From positions 1,899,876 to 1,931,875 of the forward strand of contig NZ_JBHSTI010000008.1 of the NCBI RefSeq assembly GCF_042660085.1: 32,000 nucleotides of DNA, in the 5' to 3' direction. This DNA is from Longivirga aurantiaca (GTDB taxonomy: Bacteria; Actinomycetota; Actinomycetes; S36-B12; CAIYMF01). Shown here piece by piece: positions 1 to 7,723 of this stretch (within the stretch, counting starts at the first letter, position 1; the number at the start of each line of letters is the position of its first letter). The position numbers and the translations under genes were made by a program. The notes beneath the pieces were generated by a model, which did no database searches, was not told the origin of the DNA, and worked only from the letters and a program-made list of their open reading frames with translations.

Positions 1-2
1 CG

Positions 3-734
3 GGCGGCCCGTGGGGCCGGCGCGAGATCGCCCGCGCCCAGCAGCTCGTGGACGAGGCCGCGCTCCGGATCGACACGGGCCAGCTGTTCAGCGAGGTCCG
101 CGCGCTGGCAACGGTCGAGGAACGGCGACGGCTCGCTCGCGAGATCCACGACGGCGTGGCCCAGGAGGTCGCCGCCCTGGGGTTCGTCGTGGACGACCTG
201 ACGGCCCGCACGACCGATGTCGAGATCCGCGAGGACCTCCGTGGACTGCGCGACGAGCTGACCCGGATCGTGAGCGAGCTGCGCCTGTCGATCTTCGACC
301 TGCGCAGCGACGTCCAGCCCTCCGCCGGCCTTGGCGCCGCCCTCACGGGCTACGTCCGGAGCGTCGGCGCCGGCTCCGGCCTCACGGTGCACCTGGTGCT
401 CGACGAGTCCCCGTACCGCCTGCCGATCGAGGCGGAGACCGAGATCCTGCGCGTCGCGCAGGAGGCGATCACCAACGCGCGCAAGCACGCGCGGGCGCGC
501 AACCTGTGGGTCACCTGCCGGGTCGATCCGCCCCGTGCGTTCCTGCGGGTGGCCGACGACGGCCGCGGCATGGGGACCGCGCGCACGGACTCGTTCGGCC
601 TCGACGTCATGCGCGAACGGACCGCGCGCCTCGGCGCGAGCCTGACCATCCGGCAGCGGGTGGGCGGTGGGACGGTCGTCGAGGTCACGCTCGGGGGCAG
701 TGCCGACACCCGTCGCACGAGGTCCACCGCCTGA
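3..734 (+). CDS. Two-component sensor histidine kinase, C-terminal part (NarL/DegS-type HisKA_3 + HATPase), 5' end outside window
   Basis: Frame open from window start; H-box-like 'RRRLAREIHDGVAQEVAALGFVVDDL', N-box 'EAITNARKHARA', G-box 'VADDGRGM...FGLDVMRERTARLGA'. Followed by a response regulator gene. Confidence 0.93.
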   Translation, partial: GGPWGRREIARAQQLVDEAALRIDTGQLFSEVRALATVEERRRLAREIHDGVAQEVAALGFVVDDLTARTTDVEIREDLRGLRDELTRIVSELRLSIFDLRSDVQPSAGLGAALTGYVRSVGAGSGLTVHLVLDESPYRLPIEAETEILRVAQEAITNARKHARARNLWVTCRVDPPRAFLRVADDGRGMGTARTDSFGLDVMRERTARLGASLTIRQRVGGGTVVEVTLGGSADTRRTRSTA

Positions 735-807
735 CACGGGTGCGTCCCCGTCCCACCCGCAATGGCCGCATGACATGATCGGCGGGACACCGAGGGGGCC
801 GGCTCCG

Positions 808-1449
808 ATGACGATCAGCGTGCTGCTCGTGGACGACCACGAGCTCATCCGCCAGGGCCTGCGTCGCGCGTTCGAGCGCGACGGTGACTTCACCGTCGCA
901 GGCGAGGCGGGCTCGCTCGCGGACGCCCGCCGCCTCATCGCGCTCATGCACCCGGACGTCGTGATCCTCGACGTACGGCTCCCCGACGGCAACGGGATCG
1001 AGGCCTGCCGGACGCTGCGCAACGACGACCCCGAGCTCGGCATCGTCATCCTCACGATGTACGCCGGCGACGACACCCTCTTCGACGCCCTCGAGGCCGG
1101 CGCCTCGGCCTTCGTGCCGAAGAACGCGCCGTCCGAGGACGTCGTTGCTGCAGCGCGGCACGCGTCCAGCGCACCGCGCTCGTTCACCTCGGCCGACCTC
1201 AACGAGGCCATGCGCCGCAAGATGTCGCCGACCGGGCCGCAACTGAGCCCGCGTGAGAAGGAGGTCCTGGGCCTGCTCGCCGACGGCCTCGGCGTCGCCC
1301 AGATCAGCCGCCAGCTGTTCATCAGCGAGTCCACGACCAAGACGCACATCAGCAAGCTCTACGACAAGCTCGGAGCGGGCAACAGGGCTCAGGCGCTCAT
1401 GACGGCCCTGCGCCTCGGGCTCCTCAAGCGCGACGAGCCCGGCCTCTGA
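808..1449 (+). CDS. NarL/LuxR-family DNA-binding response regulator
   Basis: 'MTISVLLVDDHELIRQGLRRAFE' receiver, 'DVVILDVRLPDGNG', C-terminal LuxR HTH 'LSPREKEVLGLLADGLGVAQISRQLFISESTTKTHISKLYDKL'. ATG at 808 chosen over the ORF start at 667 because the receiver domain starts there. Confidence 0.95.
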   Translation: MTISVLLVDDHELIRQGLRRAFERDGDFTVAGEAGSLADARRLIALMHPDVVILDVRLPDGNGIEACRTLRNDDPELGIVILTMYAGDDTLFDALEAGASAFVPKNAPSEDVVAAARHASSAPRSFTSADLNEAMRRKMSPTGPQLSPREKEVLGLLADGLGVAQISRQLFISESTTKTHISKLYDKLGAGNRAQALMTALRLGLLKRDEPGL

Positions 1450-1651
1450 GCCTCGGGCGGCTCCAGCCCGTCGTCACAGCGTGACGCGGCGACCGGTCAC
1501 TAGTTCCAATGGGTGACCAGATGATCACGAATCGTCCGAACGACCGACCCCCATCCGGCTTGACGAGGGAGTCCGCGGTCACGCTCCGCTGCGATAGTGA
1601 ACTCAGCGCCCCGGGCATCGGGGGGAACCACGCAACTGGAGGGGCACTCCC

Positions 1652-1834
1652 ATGATCACTCGAATCCGCACCACGCTTCGTCGCGACGAGGGCGCCTCGG
1701 CAGTGGAGTACGGCCTGCTCGTGGCCGCCATCGCCGCGATCATCGTCGCCGTCGTCTTCCTGCTCGGCAACCGCGTGAACTCGGCCTTCAGCAAGACCAA
1801 CTCCTGCATCTCGACCACGGGCGTTGGCTGCTGA
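1652..1834 (+). CDS. Flp family type IVb pilin
   Basis: 60 aa 'MITRIRTTLRRDEGASAVEYGLLVAAIAAIIVAVVFLLGNRVNSAFSKT...', typical Flp prepilin processing site and N-terminal hydrophobic helix (G/A-SAVEYGLL); RBS-like 'ggagggg'/'ggaggggcac' upstream. Confidence 0.93.
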   Translation: MITRIRTTLRRDEGASAVEYGLLVAAIAAIIVAVVFLLGNRVNSAFSKTNSCISTTGVGC

Positions 1835-1949
1835 CGCAGCACTGACCACCGAGGGGGTCGTCGGGCAGCCGCCCGGCGGCCCCCTCGATCATGTCCGTGA
1901 CCGCGAGGCCGCGGGCGCACAGGCACCGGACGAGGAGACAGGGACGACG

Positions 1950-3431
1950 ATGAGCGAGACCGCTCCGGAGCAGACCCTCGAGCGCGCCGCCGCCAGCCGG
2001 CCCGCACCGTTCCTCCTGCTCGCCGCGGTCGTCGCCGTGCTCGTCCCCGCCCGCGCCGCGGCGCGGCCCCTCGAGGACATCGACCTCTACTGGCACATCC
2101 TCATCGGCCGCGAGATCCTCGACGGCACCCCGGTGGCCGAGGCCGGCCGCGGCTGGTCGTTCGCGCCCGTGCCGGACACCTGGATCAGCACCCAGTGGCT
2201 CGCGGAGATCCTGTTCGCCTGGCTCCACGACACGTTCGGGTTCCAGTCGATCGTGGTCTACCGCACGGTCACCGTGATCCTCGCGCTCGTCACGCTCGCC
2301 CTCGTCACCCTCTACCGTCGCCCCGCCCGCGCGGGCGCGTGGCCCTTCGCCGTCGCCGGCCTCGCACTGGCGATCACGAGCCAGGACCGCAGCCAGCAGC
2401 TGACCTACATCCTCGCCCCCCTCGTCGGCTGGTGGGCGCTGCGGCTCCTCAGGGAGGGGCGCCTCCCCCGCTGGTGGGTGGTGCTCCCGCTCGTCGTGGT
2501 GTGGGCCAATTTCCACGGCGGCTGGCTGATCCTCCCGATGGCGCTCGGCTTCGCCGTGGTCGCACGCGTGCTCGAGGTCGGCATCCGCGACCGCGCCGTG
2601 ATCGGGGGCGTCCTGCTCGCCGCCGGGTGCGGCCTCGCCGCCGCCGTATCGCCGTCTGGTCTCGACAACGCCCTCTCGCTGCTGCGCTTCTCCTCGAGCA
2701 CCGGGCAGATCGGCGAGTGGGGCACCGTCCGGCTCATCGACTGGCAGTCGATGGCCATCGGGCTGATGCTCGTCACGGTCGTGGTGGCCTGGGCTCTCGG
2801 GCGTCATCGCCCCTCCCGCGGCGAGGTGGTGTACGTCGTGCTGCTCTTCGCCTTCGGCTACTCGGCGTGGCGGTCCTCGACACCTGCCTGCCTCATGCTG
2901 GCCCCCGCCGTCACCGGCATCCTGGCGAGAGCACTCGGCGACCCCGATCCGCTGCCGGAGGGCACCGAGCAGCCGCTGGCCCGCGTGGCAGCGGGCATCG
3001 CCGTGGTCGGCGTCCTGCTCAGCGGCGTCCTCGCCGTGACCCAGACCCCGGTCCTGGACCCCGACATCCCCCAGGACCTGCTCGGCCAGGTGCGCGAGCA
3101 CCCCGAGCCGCAGCGGGTGCTGAACACCTACAACGTCGCGGGGCCGCTGCTGTTCTTCGGCGGGCCGCCGCCGCAGGTCCTCGTGGCCGTCGACGGCAGG
3201 GCCGACCGGTACGGCGGCGAGTACATCGACGAGTACGTCGACACCCTCCTGCTCGCCCGCCCGGGCTGGGAGGAGATGGTGGCCGACCTCGACCCCACCT
3301 CCGCCGTCCTGCGCGACGACGAGCCGTTGGCGGGCGCCCTGGTGGCCCAGCTCGGATGGGTCGAGGTCGCCCGCGAGGGTCGCACGGTGCTGCTGCGCCC
3401 GGCCGACGCGACCGGCTGGCCGGCGGGCTGA
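1950..3431 (+). CDS. Multi-pass membrane protein of unknown function
   Basis: Numerous hydrophobic segments and 'PLEDIDLYWHILIGREILDGTPV' motif; ATG at 1950 follows a purine-rich 'gaggagacaggga'. ORF opens earlier at 1824. Confidence 0.8.
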   Translation: MSETAPEQTLERAAASRPAPFLLLAAVVAVLVPARAAARPLEDIDLYWHILIGREILDGTPVAEAGRGWSFAPVPDTWISTQWLAEILFAWLHDTFGFQSIVVYRTVTVILALVTLALVTLYRRPARAGAWPFAVAGLALAITSQDRSQQLTYILAPLVGWWALRLLREGRLPRWWVVLPLVVVWANFHGGWLILPMALGFAVVARVLEVGIRDRAVIGGVLLAAGCGLAAAVSPSGLDNALSLLRFSSSTGQIGEWGTVRLIDWQSMAIGLMLVTVVVAWALGRHRPSRGEVVYVVLLFAFGYSAWRSSTPACLMLAPAVTGILARALGDPDPLPEGTEQPLARVAAGIAVVGVLLSGVLAVTQTPVLDPDIPQDLLGQVREHPEPQRVLNTYNVAGPLLFFGGPPPQVLVAVDGRADRYGGEYIDEYVDTLLLARPGWEEMVADLDPTSAVLRDDEPLAGALVAQLGWVEVAREGRTVLLRPADATGWPAG

Positions 3432-4613
3432 TCAGGCCGTCGGACGCAGGTCCGGCACCGACGGCGCTCCGTGGCGGGCAGCCCACGACCGAGCCGCCTC
3501 GATCCGCTCCGGGGACGTCGGGTGGGTGCCGAACCACAGGTGCAGGACGCGCACGGGCCGCAGCGGCGCCAGGTTGGTGACCGCGAGCGCACGGTGCATC
3601 GACGCGACGGCGGCCGGGTCGCGTGCGAGGTCGAGGCAGAAGCCGTCCGCGCGCCGTTCGACCCGCCGCGACAGCGCGCTGGCGGCGGGTGAGCCGAGGA
3701 ACCCCGCCCACGCCCCGAGCGCGAGGAGCAGCCCGGACACCGCCGGATCGGCCGCCCCCGTGCTGCCCGACGCCGACAGGAGCGGCGGCCACGCGACAAG
3801 CGCAGCTGCGACGAGCACGCCGACAGAGGCACCCGCCGCGCCGAGCAGCGTGCCGGTGCGGACGTCGTGCGCCACCACGTGGCCGAGCTCGTGCGCCACC
3901 ACCGTCGCCGCCTCGTCGTCCCGGCCTCGGGTGAGCAGCGTGTCGTGCACGACGATGCGCCGTGTGGGGCCGAGGCCCGAGACGTAGGCGTTCAGCGCCG
4001 TCGTACGACGCGACGCGTCGGCCACGAGCACGTCCCGCACCGGCACCCCCGCCTCGGCTGCGAGGGCCAGCAGCCGCTCCCGCAGCGCGCCGTCCGGCAT
4101 AGGCTCGAACCGGGCGAACAGCGGTTCGACGAGCACGGGCACCGCGAACGACATCAGGACGACCAGCAGCGCTGCCGCGGCCGCCACCACCCACCACCAC
4201 GACCCGGGCAGCAGCCGGGCGGCCAGCACCCAGCCGATGACGGCCGGCGCCGTGAGCGCCAGGCCCAGCAGCCACGCCACCGCGAGGTCGCGCCACCAGC
4301 GGCCCCAACCTCCCGTCGCGAGCCCCACCCGCAGGGACTCCCGGCGCACGGCCACCGCACCCGGGAGCGTCGCCATGCGCGTCACCGCCTGCACCACGAC
4401 GACCACGGCGACGATGCCCAGCCACCAGGTCTCTCCCGCGGCGCGGGCGACCGCGGCCGTCGCGCCGGTCAGCACCAGGACGGTGGGGACGAGGAGGCCG
4501 AGTGCGACGCCTGCCAGGCCCCAGGGGCGGACACGGCTGCGGAACGCGCGCTCGCGCCGTTGCTCGTCCGCCGTGAAGTCGCGGTCGAGGTCCAGGTCCG
4601 GCGGCACGGGCAC
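3432..4613 (-). CDS. M48 family zinc metallopeptidase (HtpX/Ste24-like) membrane protein
   Basis: 'ATVVAHELGHVVAHDV' HExxH motif, transmembrane segments, downstream 'RRVERRADGFCLDLARDP' (E of M48), GTG start at 4613. Confidence 0.93.
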   Translation of the reverse strand: MPVPPDLDLDRDFTADEQRRERAFRSRVRPWGLAGVALGLLVPTVLVLTGATAAVARAAGETWWLGIVAVVVVVQAVTRMATLPGAVAVRRESLRVGLATGGWGRWWRDLAVAWLLGLALTAPAVIGWVLAARLLPGSWWWVVAAAAALLVVLMSFAVPVLVEPLFARFEPMPDGALRERLLALAAEAGVPVRDVLVADASRRTTALNAYVSGLGPTRRIVVHDTLLTRGRDDEAATVVAHELGHVVAHDVRTGTLLGAAGASVGVLVAAALVAWPPLLSASGSTGAADPAVSGLLLALGAWAGFLGSPAASALSRRVERRADGFCLDLARDPAAVASMHRALAVTNLAPLRPVRVLHLWFGTHPTSPERIEAARSWAARHGAPSVPDLRPTA

Positions 4614-4625
4614 GATCGTGCCCGA

Positions 4626-5963
4626 TCAGCGGGCCAGAGCGGTGGCCCGGGCCCGCCAGTCGGCGGTGAGGCCGGCGAGGCCGCGCCCGGTGACCTCGCG
4701 CAGGGCCCGCTCGAGGTTGCGCGCAGGCGTGTCGTCACCCGTGGCCGTCAGCCGGTAGACCCGACGCAGCCCGGCCTCCCCCCACCCCTCGGCGATCAGG
4801 TCGCAGGCGAGCTGCCCGCCGGCGTACGCCATCCCGGCCCGCTCGTCGGCGAAGGCCGCGTTGGACGGGAGCGCCGCCGGAGCTCCGCTGCGCCGGACGA
4901 CGTCGAGCAGCTCGACGAGCGCCTGCCGGTCGGGCACGTCCGAGCCCGTATAGCCCACGTGGTTGGCGTAGCCCTCCTCGAGCCACAGCGGCACCGACGC
5001 GCTGAACGTCGCCCGGGTGGCCACGTGGGTGATCTCGTGGCGGAGAAGGACGAGCAGGAACCGGTCCGGCAGCCGGTCCCACACCGCTGCGCGGGTCCAG
5101 ACCCGGTCGGCCGGCGCCGTGGCCGACGGGACCGACCCCACCGAGGTCGTGACCGCGCCGAACCGGCGGACGTGCGCGACCGACCAGTCGAGCCCCTCGG
5201 CCATCTGCTCGTCGGTGCCGGTGAGCACCAGCACGGCCCGCTTCTGCCAGTCCTTGCCGTAGACCTTGCTGACTCCGAGCACCGCGGAGTCGACGAGGCG
5301 CGCAGCCGCCCGCGCCCTGCTCGACGCCTCGCCCACGGCGATCACGATGCTGCGCTTGCCGCGCACGACGGTCAGCGGGCCGAGCTCCCACGGCGGCGCG
5401 GAGTCCGACACCGAGCGCTCGGACGCCACGAGCCACCGGCCGCCTGACCAGCGCAGCGCGAGCCGCTGGTCGACCTCGCTGCCGGACGACTCGCCCTCGA
5501 CCCGCCAGGTGAGCCGCGCGCGGACGTCGAGCAGGCCCGACCTCTCGCTGGATGCCGTGACCTCGTACGCCCAGCTCGCCAGCGGCAGGCGCACGATCCG
5601 CACGGTCGTGGGGATCGCCGCGCCGGAAACCTGGGTGGCGCGGGCGGCCGCGAGGTCGGCGGTGACGAACGCCGTCGCGCGCGCCTCCAGCACCGCACGG
5701 ACGGCGGCGGCGCGCGCCTTGGGATCGGTGCGCGCATCGGCCGTGGGGCTGGCCGTGGGCGAGGGCGCCACGACCGACGCGGAGAGCCCGCCACCCGGCT
5801 CGACGGTCGAGCAGGCGGCGAGCAGGAGCCCCGCGGCCACTGCGCAGACGACGACGCCGCGCCCTCGACGGAGGGCGCGGCGGTCGGGTGCTGCGGTGGG
5901 GCGGAGCGAGGCGGATCCGGTCAGACGACGCGGCCGGCGCCGCTGTAGCGCTCGCCGTACCAC
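4626..5963 (-). CDS. Putative lipoprotein with peptidase MA-like HExxH domain
   Basis: Lipobox 'VVCAVAAGLLLAACSTVEPGG', 'LLRHEITHVATRATFSASVPLWLEEGYANHVGYTG' gluzincin-like signature. Coordinates are the ORF; the real start is probably nearer 5870-5900 just before the signal peptide. Confidence 0.85.
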   Translation of the reverse strand: MVRRALQRRRPRRLTGSASLRPTAAPDRRALRRGRGVVVCAVAAGLLLAACSTVEPGGGLSASVVAPSPTASPTADARTDPKARAAAVRAVLEARATAFVTADLAAARATQVSGAAIPTTVRIVRLPLASWAYEVTASSERSGLLDVRARLTWRVEGESSGSEVDQRLALRWSGGRWLVASERSVSDSAPPWELGPLTVVRGKRSIVIAVGEASSRARAAARLVDSAVLGVSKVYGKDWQKRAVLVLTGTDEQMAEGLDWSVAHVRRFGAVTTSVGSVPSATAPADRVWTRAAVWDRLPDRFLLVLLRHEITHVATRATFSASVPLWLEEGYANHVGYTGSDVPDRQALVELLDVVRRSGAPAALPSNAAFADERAGMAYAGGQLACDLIAEGWGEAGLRRVYRLTATGDDTPARNLERALREVTGRGLAGLTADWRARATALAR

Positions 5964-7078
5964 GGGCTCCAGACGCCGATGAGCTCGACGCCGTCACGCG
6001 GGTTGGAGGCGCTGACCATCATGCCGCCGCCGACATACATGCCGACGTGGTGGGCGCCGCCGCCGAAGTAGAAGACGAGGTCGCCGGGACGCAGCTCGCC
6101 GCGGCTGACGCGGGCGGTCGCGCTCCACTGCGCCTTGGAGTAGTGCGGCAGGTAGGCACCGGCCTGGGCCCAGGCGGCCAGGGTCAGGCCCGAGCAGTCG
6201 AACGCGTTGGGCCCGGACGCCGCCGCGACGTAGCGCTTGCCGACCTGCGCGAGGGCGTAGGCCACGGCGATGCGCGCACGGCCCGAGGCGTAGTTGGGGG
6301 CGTCGCTGCCGCCGTCGTTGCTGCTGCTCGACGTGCCGCTGGTGGACGTCGACTCCTGGCGGGGGGTGTCGCGGCTGGCGCGGATCTGGGCGGTCGCCCG
6401 GGCCGCGGCGCGGGCGGACGCCTGACGGCGGGCCTCCTGCAGGCGGGCGAGGCGGGCGCGCTCCTCGGCCTTGAGCCCGGCGAGGATGCGCTGGGCCTTG
6501 TCGAGGCGCTCGGTGACCGTGGCCTTGGCGGCCTTGGCCTCGGCGGCCGCGGCGTCGGCCTTCTCCTGCTTCTGGACCAGCTGGGCCTCGAGCTGGGCGA
6601 GGGCGAGCCGGGCGGCCTGGGTGCGGCGCAGCGAGGTGCCCTGCGAGCGGGCGACCTGGTCGAGCGCGGCGCTCTGCTCGAGGAACTGCTCGGGGTCGTC
6701 GGCGAGGAGGGCCTGCAGGCTCGGCTCCATGCCGCCGGACGCGTAGGCGGCGCGCGCGATCGCGTCGACGCCGGCGGCGGTCTTCTCGTAGGTCTTCTTC
6801 GCCACCGCGATGCGGGTCGTCAGTTTCGCGATCTGGGCGTCGATCTGGTTCTGGCGGGTGCGGGCCTCGTTCCAGGCCTCGGCGGCGTTGGCGGCGTCGG
6901 CCTCGAGGGCGTCGATCTCGGCCTGGACCTGCTCGATGGTCTTGGTCGGCTGGGCGGACGCCGGGGCCGACGCCAGGGCGACACCGCTCACGAGGAGCGC
7001 GAAGGCCGCCACGGGGGCGGCGATGCGGGCGGCACGGGTGCCGCGCACGCGTACGAGCGCAGTGGTGCTGGTCGCCAC
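5921..7078 (-). CDS. Secreted C40/NlpC-P60 family peptidoglycan endopeptidase (RipA/Rv2190c-like, coiled-coil N-terminus)
   Basis: Signal peptide 'RIAAPVAAFALLVSGVALASAPASAQ', long coiled coil, 'NAFDCSGLTLAAWAQAG...LRPGDLVFYFGGGAHHVGMYVGGGMMVSA' NlpC/P60 catalytic motifs. GTG start at 7078 preceded on the minus strand by 'gggagagggagg'. Confidence 0.93.
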   Translation of the reverse strand: MATSTTALVRVRGTRAARIAAPVAAFALLVSGVALASAPASAQPTKTIEQVQAEIDALEADAANAAEAWNEARTRQNQIDAQIAKLTTRIAVAKKTYEKTAAGVDAIARAAYASGGMEPSLQALLADDPEQFLEQSAALDQVARSQGTSLRRTQAARLALAQLEAQLVQKQEKADAAAAEAKAAKATVTERLDKAQRILAGLKAEERARLARLQEARRQASARAAARATAQIRASRDTPRQESTSTSGTSSSSNDGGSDAPNYASGRARIAVAYALAQVGKRYVAAASGPNAFDCSGLTLAAWAQAGAYLPHYSKAQWSATARVSRGELRPGDLVFYFGGGAHHVGMYVGGGMMVSASNPRDGVELIGVWSPWYGERYSGAGRVV

Positions 7079-7094
7079 GAAGGCGGCCTCCCTC

Positions 7095-7245
7095 TCCCAC
7101 GACCGTCTACCGGGTGAGCTGACGGGCTCGGGCTGGAAGATCGCCCTACGACGGCTCGCGCCCGGTCGCTGCCGGTCGTCTGCCGCCGATTCGCCCCGGG
7201 GGAAGTGGGTCCCCGGCTCCGATCCACGGACCCTGGTGGGGCCGC
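7095..7245 (-). promoter_or_regulatory. Candidate c-di-AMP riboswitch (ydaO/yuaA class) in the leader of the NlpC/P60 gene
   Basis: Minus-strand RNA contains, in order, 'ggatcggagccggggacccacttcccccggggcgaatcggcgg ... cgtagggcgatcttccagcccgagcccgtcagctcacccggtagacgg', matching the ydaO conserved blocks (GGGGACCCA / GGGGCGAAUC / GUAGGGC / CCCGA-CCCGUCAGCU-ACC-GGUAG). Ends within ~20 nt of the RBS. Boundaries approximate. Confidence 0.87.
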
Positions 7246-7392
7246 TTCTCGAACTCGACGGGGTGCTCGCTGCCGTCGGATGACGGCGGCTCACGAACAC
7301 CTGCGGGCGACACTAACACCCCGGGACGCCACCTCCCAGTCGCCCGGCCGACACCCGGACGTGACCCGACCGAGATCGATCCGTGATCGGCT

Positions 7393-7635
7393 TCACACCG
7401 CGCGGTGCACCCCCCGGTCGTCGGCCTCCGGCGCCGGGTCGGGACCCCGCGGAACCAGCCGGAGCGGGGGCACCAGGCCGGAGTCGGCGAGCACGGCGAG
7501 GGCGGCCATCTCCTCCCCCGGCAGGCCGTCGCCCGCGAGCCAGTCGGGCGGGCCGAGCAGGAACGTGACGACGCAGTCGCCGCACGCGGGGCCGCGCACA
7601 GCACAGGAGTCGCAGTCGACGATCACGGTCTTCAC
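7393..7635 (-). CDS. Small conserved cysteine-rich hypothetical protein
   Basis: 80 aa 'MKTVIVDCDSCAVRGPACGDCVVTFLLG...'; four N-terminal Cys, ends shortly after; located between CaiB-like gene and riboswitch/NlpC. Confidence 0.75.
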   Translation of the reverse strand: MKTVIVDCDSCAVRGPACGDCVVTFLLGPPDWLAGDGLPGEEMAALAVLADSGLVPPLRLVPRGPDPAPEADDRGVHRAV

Positions 7636-7723
7636 CTCAGGACGGGTACGGGCCGGAGAGGGGAACTCCGACCACCTGCGGACGACGGTAGGAACCAGGT
7701 CCGACAGTCGCCCTCGGCCACCG

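Noticed and set aside
1463-1651. Leader upstream of the Flp pilin inspected for a riboswitch or small RNA
   Set aside because: Only short inverted repeats (e.g. cgtcac-agc-gtgacg) are visible; no recognisable conserved RNA motif.
3867-5447. 526-aa + strand ORF
   Set aside because: Antisense to the M48 and peptidase-MA-like genes; histidine/arginine/glycine-rich composition with no protein motif.
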